From Phoronis australis (taxonomy: Eukaryota; Animalia; Phoronida): DNA of 64,000 nt. Positions 39,801-52,875 of the stretch are shown here, piece after piece. The notes beneath the pieces were generated by a model that was given only the letters and a program-made list of their open reading frames with translations, was not told the origin of the DNA and made no database searches. Where the stretch lies: assembly GCA_002633005.1 (NCBI GenBank), contig NMRA01000019.1:1197052-1261051 (forward strand), given 5' to 3'. Position 1 is the first letter of the stretch; each line of letters begins with the position of its first letter. The translations under genes were made by a program, and so were the position numbers.

Positions 39801-42800
39801 CCATGATATTGACATTTCATGTATCTCTAATATCGCTACGGTTTATTGATATACTGCAGTAATGGTTATGTTGAGAATGAGGCATTCTAAAGTTTATGCG
39901 GAGTGTAAAATTTATGGCCTGCAGCGTTTTGAAATAACCGTTACGTTTGCTTAATTTGCGAACTGTCTATATTTGAGTTGAGCAGTTTTGCTTAAGTCGC
40001 ACGTATTGTAGTTCCTTTTTCAAACCTTTCGAAGGAGCGATAGTGTTGACTCCTACTCAGTGTGTTCACAGAATGGCCTGAGTTGAGTTCTCTCGTTGCT
40101 CAACGGCAAACTTGGCTCAATCTAGTTTGCGAGGTCTGTTTTGAACGTCGCTTTATCTTTGAATGTGGCTAAATATAGTTACCTTCTCAGTAATTTGTTG
40201 TACACATCTGGAGGTATGTATCCACATAGATTGAACAGGATTCTCATCAAAGCCTCCCTGCAACATGCAGAATTCGTATAAAATATCCTGTTTTAAAAAG
40301 CATGAAAGCAGTTGGTAATTGGACATAAAACCAATGTTCATCGGAGGAAAACACTAAAGTTGAACGAACCATGTTTGGAATGTGGACCTTTCACTAAGAT
40401 TCACGGTATACGTTCAGAGCTATGAATTGTGCATTCGCCGAATTTTGGTAGTTCCTGCCTTTTTAGTGGACTTTTGTCTCGTTTTCTACATGTTTTTGGA
40501 GTTTTTGTTTCAGCAAGGCGGACCTTTTTGGCCACTTCGCCAAATAGGGGGGCTCATTTGACCCCCCACCCGGGTGCGCGCATGGGAATGATACGAGATT
40601 GCTCACGAGTGTGCACGTGGTGGAACAGAAAATAAACCATAAAACATTGAGTGCACACTCTTGGTTTATTTTTAGAGATCACATTTGCTACATGTTCAGA
40701 AAAAAAAGTTAACAGAAATCACAGGTAGTGTCGTAGCTGCGACTATAATCACTCGTAAGTCAAAACAGTATTAGGGATGTTGTCGTACGGACCTTATGGC
40801 CTCTTATACTGTTTGTTTACCTGTAGAAATTTGTAATGGCTTGACTTAGCTAGGGAAGGACATGGTGATGTACAATAATGCTAACGTACAACTGTGTACA
40901 TGGATATTGGCTCTTTCTTTAATTTTTATAAGTGCCCGAGGCTTTTGCAGGATTGAAACGGGTGTAATTTTATATTAAACAATCGGCGCTTCGTATTGCC
41001 AAAGCTTATTCGCATTCCTACTGACAAGAAGCGTAATGCATAGCAAGCGTTCATAACTGACTCAGTGCTAGTGTTTTACTTTACCTGGACACATTTCCCT
41101 GGCCGGCAGGGTCGTTCGCCTTGAACAGGTACTTGAGGCTATGAAAGCCGTTACTGACTTTCTCCGAGATGACAAACTCCAGCTAAAATAGTGAGTGTGA
41201 CAGAAGCATACACGGGTACACATAAATAAACAATCGTCGTTAAGGTGTCACTTAAATTGCCTTCGTACATTGAGATATATCATTTTTTCAAAGATAACCG
41301 TAAATATTTCATCTTGGGTAGTTGTGTCTAACCGGTTACAATTTTAGGTCACTTTCGAATAGACGGAATCCCAACGACGAGGAATCCGCTTTGACCGTTT
41401 TTTAATTATTTAACAAATTTTCAGTTTGCGTTCAGTAATTTTTCAGATGTTGACGGAAATGTTGCAAATTTGATCTCAGGCATCATTTACTTCATGAATT
41501 TGGACGCCATTTGTAGGTGAAGTAAAATCTGTCTACCTTCGACACCAATTTTTGTCCCTTTCATATGCAACCAGTTGATTTTAACTCGTTTTGGTAAAAA
41601 CAACGACAGAGTAAAAACAGTACGATGTATAACTACGAAGACCAAACCTTCTGATAACGTGACTTTTGTGTATTCAGTTATTCATTTCGTGTTTTACCGA
41701 TTTGCCATCGCATCTACTTTCCACGACGCTTTTTAAGTTGGTAAAAACAGGAAAATGTATGACGGTTGGACTATCATTCATCAATTTTAGGATATACCGC
41801 TTACGGTTTGATTGATTATTTCACATAGTAATCAGACTGGGCGCAATTATACACAAAACCAATTTATGTAAGTGAAGTGTACATTGTAGCACTGTACGCA
41901 ATCCCAAATACCCAGTTCATTTCATTTAAAATTTATCCAAATTCAATACGTGGCGATTAAGCTTACTTTCGACTCGATGAGGAAACAACTGTACCTATTT
42001 AGTGCCATGCTCAAAATCGATATTTGGTTTCCATAGCTAAAGATGAAAGCATATTCGCTCAAATATTCAAACAAAAAGGCAACGTTATCTTTACAAAGAA
42101 GTACTTGGTAAATATCATTTGCTTGTTTGGTGTTTGTCAAACACTTGGTCTTTCAAAGTTAAAAAGACAGTCACTAGACCTTGATTTTGTGTAACTATTG
42201 GATACTGTTGCGCGAATTCCCTCAAAAATGCTGAAGTTAACGCTCCTGACGTGTATAAAAATTTCAACCGAGGTTCGCTTTATGTAAACGAAGGAAATAG
42301 TTGCCCCAGGTTCGTGACACACGATGCGATTTTTGTCGAGAGGACTCACGACGAGTTTTGATTATCAGCCACGTTGTAGTCGTTCAAATATCGTATTGAG
42401 TGCGCTGGCCTTTATGGTGTAGGTCGACGTACGTGGATCATATCAAAACAAAATATAAATTTAACGAAGGAAATTTTTATGTCGAAACATAAAAGAAAAA
42501 CAATAGCAAATAAAAAATAAGTCAGCTGTACTAGGATGTGGGGTGAGATAGACAGAAAGCTGTTCCCAGTATACGTGGAGACCGAGGTGGTAAGATTGAG
42601 TAAAGAAAAAAATAAGTCAACTGTACTAGGTTGTTGAGTAAGATAGACAGGAAGTTGTTCCACATATACGTGAAGGTAGAGGTGGTAAGATTGGTGGCCA
42701 CTACATGTGTATTGTGAATAAATACCCGGATGTGAATTGCTACCGAGAATTGCCTCATGATGCATATTTGGAAAATATCGAACTTTGACCTTTCTAGTAC

Positions 42801-45800
42801 CTAAATATAAACCCGGTTGTAATTTTGGGAATAGGGGAGCTATAAACGGGAAATGTGCCAGCGACATGGACATGGAATATGGACGATGTTCACAACGACA
42901 TGGACATGGAATATGGACGATGATCACATGACATGGACATGGAATATGGACGATGTTCACATGACATGGACATGGAATATCTAGATGGACGATGTTCACA
43001 ACTTGTTGTATATGTTCATAAATACTAAGCTGCTGGAAAATGTATTGCGTGTAAAAACTTTCAGTGGGACAATTTTTCTGGGAAATGAAAGAATCTTGGT
43101 CTGCATAAAAACTCAATCACAGGTATAAATATTTTTTCGATGGAGGTTACCCTTTTGACGTGTGTATGCGTGTGTGTGTTCTTTTGTAATTGTCTGTAAG
43201 TTATAAAATTATTTTTGAAATATATATGTTATACGTTTATAGTATTAGAGAGTTCATGGTACAAGTGGTACTGTTTGTAAAGTTTATTTTTTGAATAACA
43301 CAAAAACGTGATGAAATAAACTATTTTATATTACTTTTCTTATAAAGTAATATTTTTGTTTGGCACTCGCTGACACTGTTCATTTTGAGTAACCTCACAT
43401 ACATTAAAAAATTTCGGTTCACAAAGTAGGGCTATGTTTGGAAAATTTTCCATAAACCTATATATGGGAGACCGGTTTGCAGAAAACCCCGGTACTTATT
43501 TAAGATATCAGTGTATACAAAGTTTTAGAATAACTTTGAATATAGATTATTCACTCCGCATATGGCATTGGTAGCTGTATTTTAGTATTTTTCACGACTT
43601 TATAACATTATAGATGCGTTTGAAAGAATAAAACAAATCGTCTACTGATCAAATCTGTGAGCAAATTGGTGTTGATTCCTTATATCATGAATGAATTGTG
43701 ATGTTTATTTACTTTAGTAGATGGCATTGCGTAGCCCTTTTGCGATAATACATTAAACGTTTTGAAAACTGAAAGTGGGTTCCTAGAGTTCAAACTTCTC
43801 TGCCAACATCACAGAAAAAACATTAACTCGGCGGAAGGGAAGATCACGCTCTCACACAAAAGATTCGCGCTTGTAAGCCATTGCGCCATACTCGATCACG
43901 TCACTAACGTGAATCATTTATCTTTAAAATTAGTCGGGCTTCCAAACACATTAGCGGGTTCGAATCTAGGTAGAACATAGAAATATTTATGTTCGACATA
44001 GATCCCGAAGGTATAAATTGCGTTACAAGTTCTGTTTCCAGAAATGTGCGTTACATAAAGGCCATTCATTACGAAACAATCGTAGAAATACCTCTTGACG
44101 AGAATAGAAGGAAAAACTAAAATCGGTTCTTGGATCCGGACAAACAAACAAACAAACACTACAAGCACATGACTTCCCCAACTCCGTTAGCTGAGGTAAG
44201 GTGTTCGCTAAAACTTTTTATTGTAGGTAACTGACCTCTTCTGGTGTGACATTTTTCTTGTAGCACGCCTCGTGAACCAGCCGTCTTTTGTGAATACGAG
44301 CCAGTCTATCGCCGCTAGGGGGTGCCAAATGCACTGGAAACAAAACGGGTTTGACTTGACCACTAATTGTGTAATCTATTAATCATATCTTTAAAGAATG
44401 AAACAGTTTGTGCTACGAAAATACTAAAAATCCGCACACCACGTCACCGCATGAATGACAACATTTTAAGAGGAAGTTTAAAATTTTATCACTGAGGCTA
44501 ATAAATGTATTCTGCGCACTACTCTTTAAAACAAATTTTTGACTGACATCATTATCAAAACTTAGGAAGAACTGTTCTACAGCTCTGCTTACATGAGACG
44601 GAACAAACTTTTCGTAAAATGTGAAGAAGCATCAACTGAGAAGGTCAATTAAAATTCTAAAATCGTTCTGATTTTTCACTCCACGAAGTTGGTTGGGTGA
44701 GGGTGATGACGTCAAAATGGCAGCATGTAGTATTTGTTTTGGTTAACTACAGACAAAGGAAGTGAACAGATTAGTGGTCACTCATAAACATGGTTTTACT
44801 TCACTGGGTCTCATCATTGCATCATCCGTTCCCAGATTCTCGGTTTATCTAGTAATGAAACTGTCGTCTTTGATAAGCCTTCCCGTGATAAGAAGGGGCA
44901 CAGCACAAGTCATCACATGAGGAATGCCACTGGCAGCAAGTTTATAGAATAAATTGAAAAAACAATGTCGAGAGACAATATGAAAATTTCGGGATTCAAA
45001 AACTTGATTGAAACATGCAATCTACTTACTACTGGTTTTCTTTTTACAAGATCTGAAAATAAGCATATTTTAAAACAGACGAAATTGTAAAAACGGGACG
45101 GGGTACTAAATTGAAAATTGCTGTCTTATTTCCGAATGTTAAACACAACACTTGTCTCTTGACTAGTTCAACTTGTCGGTAAATACGTTTGAGGCACGGA
45201 TTCGAGGGCAGTTGACGTTTCTTTTCAATAGGCTCATTGTGTAGAAAGCTGTCATTATGGTATTCAAAACTCAACACAATAAACTAGCGACAATATAGTG
45301 AATCTTATCAGTGAATGAGACCGTTCGCCATCACCTAACCTTTGGGTGCCAATAGCAACTGAACTGGTCAACGTACACGTACTTTAAATCGATAGCTTTT
45401 AACAAAAGTGGTTGTTTTGTACACTAACAAAATTGAGTTTTATCGATATTAAACAGGCTTTGATTAATATTTAATTCAGGATTTACAGATTATGGGCAGT
45501 GGGGTGTTTAACTAAGGCGCAATCCATAAGTCAATATTACATTGGAGGCGATATCAGCCTGGGACCTAGCAGAAACCAATAATCGCAATCATCCTAATTT
45601 TTGCCTTAACTATATCTACGCTCAATGTGTTTTACTCAGATGCTAAAATATTGTGTTTACTCTTGGCTATTCTCATTTCCTCCCCAAATGGCAACATTTT
45701 ACAAATATTTCCACGTTAACTGAGCGTCCGAATCTCTGTACCAGCAAAATTATCTCACCGAGCCACATGAAATGTCAGTGTCCAACTTACTTGGCGGCCA

Positions 45801-46073
45801 TGACATCATTCTTTCTCTGTTCTGTTTTTGCCCATTTAAAGGTGGTAAATTTTCCCTGTCCAAACCCAACTCTATCTTCCCGTTTTCTCTCAAGGCCACG
45901 AAAGTATTCTCTCTCTCGTTGCTGGACCCTAACTCGGAGGTACCCACAATGTTCAGATTTTCCTCTCCCTTCATTTTTGACTTCGGGTGCTCGATGACCG
46001 GGATGTTTGGTAATTTCCCTCCAGTCTGAAGAGTCCTCGGTGACAATATAGCTTTCAAAGCAGTCGTAGCCAT
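27819..46073 (-). CDS. EFCAB6: EF-hand calcium-binding domain protein, EFCAB6-like (about 940 aa)
   Basis: Phase-consistent GT-AG chain of 19 exons (843 codons including stop): 41182-41085, 40257-40183, 39124-39058, 38918-38752, 38414-38277, 37995-37770, 37082-36934, 36817-36704, 36151-36038, 35177-35001, 34692-34545, 34322-34269, 33979-33909, 33635-33403, 33066-32930, 32756-32670, 32296-32211, 31813-31642, 28034-27819. Probable first coding exon 46073-45791 plus micro-exon 45052-45030 (5' joining less certain). Repeated paired EF-hand units, e.g. AFETFDFLADNCVSRVDFRKVL, FRQLDPEGSATVPV, FDFEGNGRFHYMPF, WKSLRRAFKKMDSDTKGYLTVAEFR..FDSNMDGKICYEEF. The family assignment rests on the repeated 'leader helix + EF pair' pattern; the gene may be a paralogue. 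Confidence 0.85.
28230..28393. mobile_element. GC-ended MITE (CAGTGGCGGAT-type ends); inverted copy at 35363-35521, partial copy at about 51281-51375, minimal relative at 29432-29498
   Basis: Core GAATGTCTGACGGGCAAAA(A)TCCTGGCTAATACTC is shared in opposite orientation with 35403-35436. Ends resemble CAGTGGCGGAT..ATCCGCCACTG. Confidence 0.7.
28925..29291. mobile_element. Foldback-like element with long imperfect inverted arms built from about 21-bp subrepeats
   Basis: Left TCAACAATTGGTCGGACTTCAAAACCA versus right reverse complement TCAACAATTGATCGGTCTTCAAAACCA. TCAAAAC-type subunits repeat inward on both arms. Confidence 0.65.
30947..31243 (-). mobile_element. Degenerate THAP zinc-finger coding remnant (DNA-transposon derived) in the last intron of the EFCAB6-like gene
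   Basis: MPLYC..YSFFRLPREPGVLRKWLAVV..HLHVCGRYFVDSDF matches the THAP pattern (FFxxP, W, VCxxHF), but the second Cys is missing and the ligand His is replaced by Tyr. Confidence 0.65.
37107..37627. mobile_element. TTAA-flanked non-autonomous DNA element (Kolobok-like termini)
   Basis: TTAA-GGTT...GACC at the left and GGTCC-AACC-TTAA at the right, with weak inverted similarity (TTTAGACAAATT / AAATGTCCAAA) further in. Confidence 0.45.
38422..38517. repeat. (AAT/GAT/GAC)n trinucleotide microsatellite abutting a splice acceptor
   Basis: Direct inspection. Confidence 0.9.
42512..42693. repeat. Two-copy tandem repeat, period about 95 bp
   Basis: AAAAAATAAGTCA.CTGTACTAGG..GT...AGATAGACAG.AAG.TGTTCC..TATACGTG...GAGGTGGTAAGATTG occurs twice. 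Confidence 0.8.
42862..43002. repeat. 33-34-bp minisatellite (GACATGGACATGGAATATGGACGATGTTCACA), 4 copies
   Basis: Direct inspection. Confidence 0.9.
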
Positions 46074-47237
46074 AATCCTTGGTCAGAGGGTCAGTTAAAC
46101 ATCAAGGCCTATCACAACATTCACCGGTATCCAAACTTGTATTCAGAGAATTCTGTACACTGGAGTTATTCCGAACCACCCAACAGTTAAATAAGGTCTG
46201 CACTGATAGGAAAGTCTAGCCTTTTACAAATGTGTAGCAGAAGTTTTAACCAGCTTCAGTAGACAACACACGAACATCATCGCGATAAAGTCCAATACAC
46301 AAACATTACCTGGATACTCAAACAGTTAACACATCAGTCACGTGGTTCTGGATTTCAATACACCGTCGTCTGCTTTAACAAAACATGCACCATTCATAAG
46401 ATTTCCGCGCGATTAACTTCACCGCGCCTGTTTATTGTCGAGAGTCGCAGGTAATGTAAATATTGAGACCTGGCTTGTGCATTACAACTCTCAATTGTTT
46501 GAATTAAAAGGAATGTTAGCAATGAGAAAACACTGGGAATTCATAAGACCTCAGGAAATTCTTTTGTTCAAAGTTAGGGGGAGCCTTGCCCCCGCTCTCC
46601 TGCTGTGAACGAGTGGCATTAACTGCGGGAGTTTGAGGTTATCCTCATGTCTCGCCTAGCCAGTCGTGCCACTCCGGCCCCACCATCGCACCGTTTACAC
46701 ACTCAAGATTTATTGCACACGACTTTTCGTATGCCAGGAAGTCCAATTCAACCTTTTGAGTTTAAAAGTGATTTTCGTGCGACTTATTCTCTTCTCACAC
46801 ATAGCCGGTTCAGACGGCGGTGTAAGGTGGTTTGGTAAAACCTGTAGGAGTACTCCGGCATAAATGCGACAAAAAAATTTAACATAATTAAATTGTCGTA
46901 GCGGTTTTGCAATGGATCTTGTCACTCACTTCGTGAACCAGCACTAGCGTGTATTATCTTATGGTCACATTTTTTTTTTCAAATGTATCCATGTGGGGTA
47001 TTTTTAGATGAAAAGAACATATCATTGTAATATAGGGTACAAAAATGCAGTGCCTAGAGACTATTTCTGTTTTTGATAACTGTGCTTCATATCTTTTACT
47101 ACCTTCTCGTAAACTGTCTCTTTGTCGAACTATTTTTGTGCGAACTCAAAAAAAGCCTTCGATTTCGGCGACAGTATTAGGTTAGCCGACTCTTGGACGA
47201 GATGGTCTTGCCACCTGGTGGCTGTAAGCCGTGTTCA

Positions 47238-47251
47238 GTTGCAATAGCAAC
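47238..47251. promoter_or_regulatory. Candidate RFX X-box
   Basis: GTTGCAATAGCAAC, close to the palindromic consensus GTTGCCATGGCAAC, about 1.2 kb upstream of the EFCAB6-like ATG. Confidence 0.35.
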
Positions 47252-48659
47252 TGTGTTAACCGTCTGAAAAACGTCGGCCTGCGTGTTGGCACCGGGTATA
47301 ACCGCCATCAACAGCCAGTCATATTTTTCTCCCGGGCAAAGTGTGCCATGCGGATACTCGAACACGATGTGAACACAGTAGCAACAAGACTGTACACTTG
47401 ACTCTGGAGTAACATCATGAAGGTGTCGGAGAAAACACGCATACACGTGAGATGGTGCCACTGCGATTGACGCTAAGCATTCCAGTGCAGAGGCCCGCAG
47501 CTAAACCAGGAAACAGTCATTCTGCTGATAGCCGAATACGTACTTTGGGGACCCGGTGCTCTTTTGTAGGACTACGAGAGTGACAACTCTTAAAAAGTTG
47601 TAGCGTAGCTTGTGTGGTTTGATTGCACTAATGTCGGGCACTTTATCTTACTTCAAAAATCCAGAGTTGTATAACTTGCCAGGAAATACAAACGTGTCGT
47701 TTTTTGTGGATTATGTTGTTCACAAATGTTTGAAATTGTGCCGAGCTCCATGGTGGAGAAGGCTGCGATCAATTGCTGCTTTGTTTCTGGTTTTTTGAAA
47801 CCGTCTAAATTATCCTTTCATATTAACATGACGTCATCTGTTGACATTTGACTGTAGCTCCGTTCATCTGAAGAGACCACGTTCTCGGAGAAGCCCCATG
47901 ATATAATAAACTGAAGTTCCTTTTCAATTTTTATGAATCTACACATTTTGTTTAAACGAAGGCCCCGATGATAAATTAATTTTTACTATTTTCTCGTTGT
48001 TTTGAATTACATATTCCTAAGGGGCCCCTTGGGCAAGGCTCCTTACAAGGGTGGGTGTATGGTCAATTGCCGGCTTTCTGTCATTTTATAACCGACATTG
48101 ATCCCAATTTTTGTTGTTTTAAAGCTTTAGTCACAGCTAATAACTAGAAGAAGCCTATCCCATCATAGGCTGTAGTACATGTTGTTTATGGTCTGCGATC
48201 CCATCCAACTATAATAACAAAAATGCGTTTTTCGTCCGTAAAATCGATAATTTCCTTCCAAAAAAAGACTCGTTCACACATTTCTGTCTCACTGGGAAAT
48301 TGTTAATTATCTGGGAATTCTCTCTTCCGTTGGATAGTCTATTCATTACTTTTCGGGCAGCTTTAACGTCGACAAAACTTCGCGAAAAGGCTCCTAAGAC
48401 CGGTCAACATGGAACATCTGAGTAGCACTCAACATAATTCAGTGCAAAGTCATTCTCAGCAGGCTCGTGCCTCGGGAGTTACTAAACACGTGAACAAGTA
48501 ATTGTCGCATTCCTGCTATTTAATACATATTTATTTGTATTGACACGTTTAACTTATTTCATTTGCAGTTCGGGTATATTATTCAAGGTTTCAACAGTGA
48601 AAATGAGTCATGCATGAAAAAGTGTGGTTATATAACACATGGACACAACAATTCAAGGG

Positions 48660-48784
48660 ACATTATTGGCGAGAAAAGGGGTTTTCCGAGATCAGCCTCA
48701 GCGCGGAATCGAACTTGGAACCGACACCGCCGCAGTCTAATGACAGAATATTTTAAGCGTACTTAACTGGTACAGTCACCGGCC
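48660..48784 (-). mobile_element. tRNA-derived SINE-like head, degenerate
   Basis: The minus strand has a B box GTTCGATTCC (48711-48702) preceded by a weak A-box-like segment; no full cloverleaf. Confidence 0.35.
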
Positions 48785-50483
48785 TTGATATCAGTAAATG
48801 TCTTATAGACAATTGCAAGACCCAAAGCTAAATTTGTTAAGAAGTATATCTAACAACAATCCCAAAAAAAATGCGTTTTGGGCCGTAAAACTGACAACGC
48901 CCCTTTAAATTTCTTCAATAGGACTTTTAAAATCAGAGAGTGAACGTCCGTAACCTGTGATGGAACATTGCAATTTTTTGACCGGTGCCTAAGCCTTGGC
49001 TCAAATGTCTTGCCGAGTTTCACGCATTTGTTTTTCCGTCACTTTTTGCATATCTTTTAAATGCATTTTAACAGTTCATTAATTCAATTGGAAGTGTTTA
49101 ACAAAAAGCATATATGTTTAGTAATATAGGCCTAACGTGTGTCAGAGATTGTTAGTTGGTGACAAGCCTCAATCCAGGGTGTTCCAATTACAATGAACTG
49201 TTGTGTGCCTTCTGTTGGAGAAAAAATAACATTTGATAATGGACCCCTTGCTGTCTCCAAAGTCGGATTTTAAATGACTTTTGGACTTGCGGTGTTATTA
49301 GTTAAGGCTATATGCTCAGGGCATGAAATGAACTGCACGGTACAGTCGTATCGATCTAGAACTCAAGCGGTAACATGTCTGTTGTGGACAAGTCCAGGTT
49401 CGATCTCAAAAAGGGGCAATTTGAGTCCAAAAAGTGACGTGAAACAAAATCTATTTGTCTTCACTGAATTAGGGGGGGGGGGGTCATGTCAACGTTGAAT
49501 TGTCAAGGCACGTCTTGAATCATACCTACTTGAATGTAGGACTGGTATCCAAACATCCTAATTTGTGGCATTACTAAGTGGTATATTAGCCACTGTTATC
49601 GTCTCTGAACTGGAATTAATAAACCATCGAGAGCCAGCTCCTGTTTTGAATGTTGTGCGCGTGTTCACGTAGCTACTAAACAGACCCGTAATGACATAAT
49701 TACAAGGAGCACAATGTGACTTACAAATCAAATTATTTATTGACCGAAAGGAACACCCACGAGTGAACAGCAGCAGCGAAAATGTCCTGCAACCCTCTAC
49801 ATAACAATGAGAAAGGGAGTCCATTGAACGAAATCAAGCAATACTTTTTATGAAAAACAAGTAAAGACATTCGTTACATGTTAACATTTGATTCCTTGAA
49901 AATCCCCACCTTCCGCGCATCCCTAAATCTATTTGAAAAAATGTTCAACTATTGATAAAATTTTCTTAAAGAATGTTATTGGATTTAAATAAAAAAGCCG
50001 CAGCAAACCTAGACTGTTCTTTTGTGTGAAAACAGATTGTGTTCATTTGTGGTATTTGGTAATTACAAAAACACTTATATTTCTATAATAAGGTGTAAGA
50101 GAGTCCCATCGTCATCCTGATATGTGCATTGAGTAAGTCAGAGCACGCCTTAGGAAGCACCACACAAAATGACAAAAGTATCCACAAATAGGTCTAACGT
50201 CATTTACGCGGACCTATAACGTGAACTTGTTGCTCTCATGTCTGTGTTATTAATACCACAAATTTGCTACAGCACTTTTAAGTGTTTAGAAAACACTGCC
50301 AATACACATCCAGCACATTTTGTTAATGTTTTGACATCCGCACTTGTATGTCTTGAAAGTTTCAAAATGTTAATTCTTGAAACAAGATATTTCAAGAACA
50401 TCTCCCCTGTAACGGCGTGACGCGTCATAAAATTGTCATAACGTACTGTTCTCGGCATCTTAAGTTTTTTGGCAGTCACGGTC

Positions 50484-50516
50484 CGCTTAGCAACCGATGG
50501 GAATTGCCTAGGTAAC
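50484..50516. promoter_or_regulatory. Candidate RFX X-box pair
   Basis: CGCTTAGCAAC followed by ATTGCCTAGGTAAC (50503-50516). Confidence 0.3.
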
Positions 50517-52875
50517 AAATTACTCCATTTTCCTCGGATTAAAGAAGACTGCTACACATTACAAAAGCACGCACTGCCAACGCACGCAGTCACTCGTACA
50601 AAATGGAAACCAATACGGAAAAATTAAGTCTATTCTTGAGTGGATTCACTTGTGAAGTTTGTGGGTAGATTTAGACCACCTCCGGCGAGACTTTATGTGT
50701 TTGTGATTATTTTCGACTTATTACGCAGACGTAGTCTATGGCTAATTTCCACCCTTCAGACGTAGACTAGGATCGGAGTGGTGTAGGATGTCCGCCGTAC
50801 AAACCCTTCTCGCCCTATCATTTGTTCTTCATATTTCCACATCACAGGGACAGAAATCGTGTAAGTAATCATTTCTGCTGTAAGCTTATTCTTTCATTTC
50901 CATGAATCTTAATTGTGAATATCAACCTGCTTGTTTCTGCAGAATCCATCTCATAAACTTTAATTTGCAGTATAGTGTTGTTCGTATACATGTTCGGTGG
51001 CAAGTGTTCAACATTTGTAACCAAAAACTTATTAAATTCCCCATGAGCGTCCAAGCCACCACGAACAACAAGTGATAAAGATGTCTTTACTCGAACATTG
51101 CTTCATTGCGGACTGACTAACCACTGTAACAACATCAAGATCACGTGCATATGAACCATATTTCACAGAACTGTTTGGGAAGAGTGAAGTAACTGTAAAC
51201 GGGGTTTGTTCAGGGCCCATGCAATGTTTATTCACCAATTCCCTTTATTCACCCCCGGGCCCCCTTGGTTGCGCGCATGTGCTAGTCAGAAATTCGCATC
51301 CGAATTCCCAAATTGTATCTGGTAGAATTTTAGGGGGGGGTATGTCCCCCTTGGCCTCCCCTAAATCCGCCACTGCTTCAGTGCAATGTCTCAAGGGCCA
51401 CAGCGAGTGATTTTCATAAAAACAGTTTTGTTTAGTCCAAAACTTGAACCAGATAAAAGAGGGCAAAAATCCTGAAGAGTTTCCCTTAGCCAAAGCAAAA
51501 TGAATCCCATGTTGTTTTAATTTTGTGCAATTCCTCTGTGTCTGATTGCTATTTTGAGTGGGATGTAAAACACGCCGTCAGAATAGAAACAAAACTACTA
51601 TAAGAGCCCCAATTAACCTTTTTAAACGTTAGCTTTCTTATGCAAGTACCAGTGCTCGCGTGTCATTATGTATACGAGAAGTCGTTAACACCATAGTGCG
51701 AACCGGTCATTTAATGTGGTTGAACTCCACCAACTTGCATTGCATAAGCTAATGAAGATTCCGGATGATTTGCACTCCTAGGACCATCTCATTTAGGGTA
51801 GCAACCTCCTTAATGGTAAGGAACTGGTTCTGATGTTATCTTCAGTATAAATACAGATCCCCTATTATCGTGGATGAGACATTTTGGTGTTGTAACACGC
51901 CAAGGGAACACGAATTAAAATTATGGTTCCCTTGACGTGTATTAATTTTACGTTCAGTGAAAGAGTAGAAAGTGAAGTGAACGCATTCACACGGTCACTG
52001 TCGGTCACTCGTTTTTGCTCAATGAACTTTTTTATTGTTCCATGGACAGTACATGCACATCAAGGGAACAGCGACTAACACCGAAAAATGTTTCTCCAGG
52101 ATAATCAGGAACTGTGTTTTTACCAAAGGTAACATGAAACGATTGCTTTTCCCCTTGAGGGTTTTCATCTTAACACACGCCATAGCATTCCAGCATGGCC
52201 ATACTAATATCGTTTGTTAACACCCAAGAGCCGCAAAGAAAACTCCAAGTGCAATTTTATTCGTGACTACAAAAAAACGTGTCGCGTAAAATAGCACATT
52301 TTGAGAAATATTTAAAAACATAAGCATTTCTATTATAGGCTTTGGAAGACAATATGCGCTTGAAAAGAAATTTTTCAATCTCCCCTTGCTAAGTCAGAAT
52401 AATTCCAATTCCGAGGATGAAGCCGTCTGAGTTGTGATTGGATCTTGAGTGTTTTTGAATTATTTTTTCATTACAGTCTGCCTGCAATTCTTCAGCAACA
52501 TCAGGACTAAAGCGCCGCTTGTCGTCACAGCTAACGACAGCAGTCGAACAGGTATGATGACCCACCTCCAAAGACCCATGGTCTAGTGACGACCGAGGGA
52601 ATTATGGCAAAATTACTTGTGTGCCTGTCTGAGCGATTTAAGACATCCAAAGAACATTTGAGGTCCCCAGTGGGCCGATTCGTGTGTGATATGCTAACAA
52701 TCACATGGCAACAACTTTATTCCGTAATTGTAATTTTTGAGCGCAAGTCACTTTTCGTTAAACAAGTCCCTGATGGTTATACTTTCAGTTATAATGATTA
52801 TGAAATTATAATGACAAACAACACACGGAAATGTTTGTCTAAACGCACAGCACGTGATTTTAATAAAAATCTCTT

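Noticed and set aside
42412-43116. 234-aa minus-strand ORF with IVHIPCPCHV repeats suggestive of a metal-binding protein
   Set aside because: The ORF is kept open by two tandem repeats, starts at a non-ATG codon, lacks supporting splice signals and lies in an intron.
44800-44848. Possible extra EFCAB6-like exon (AG..GTAAA on the minus strand)
   Set aside because: Stop codons occur in all three frames.
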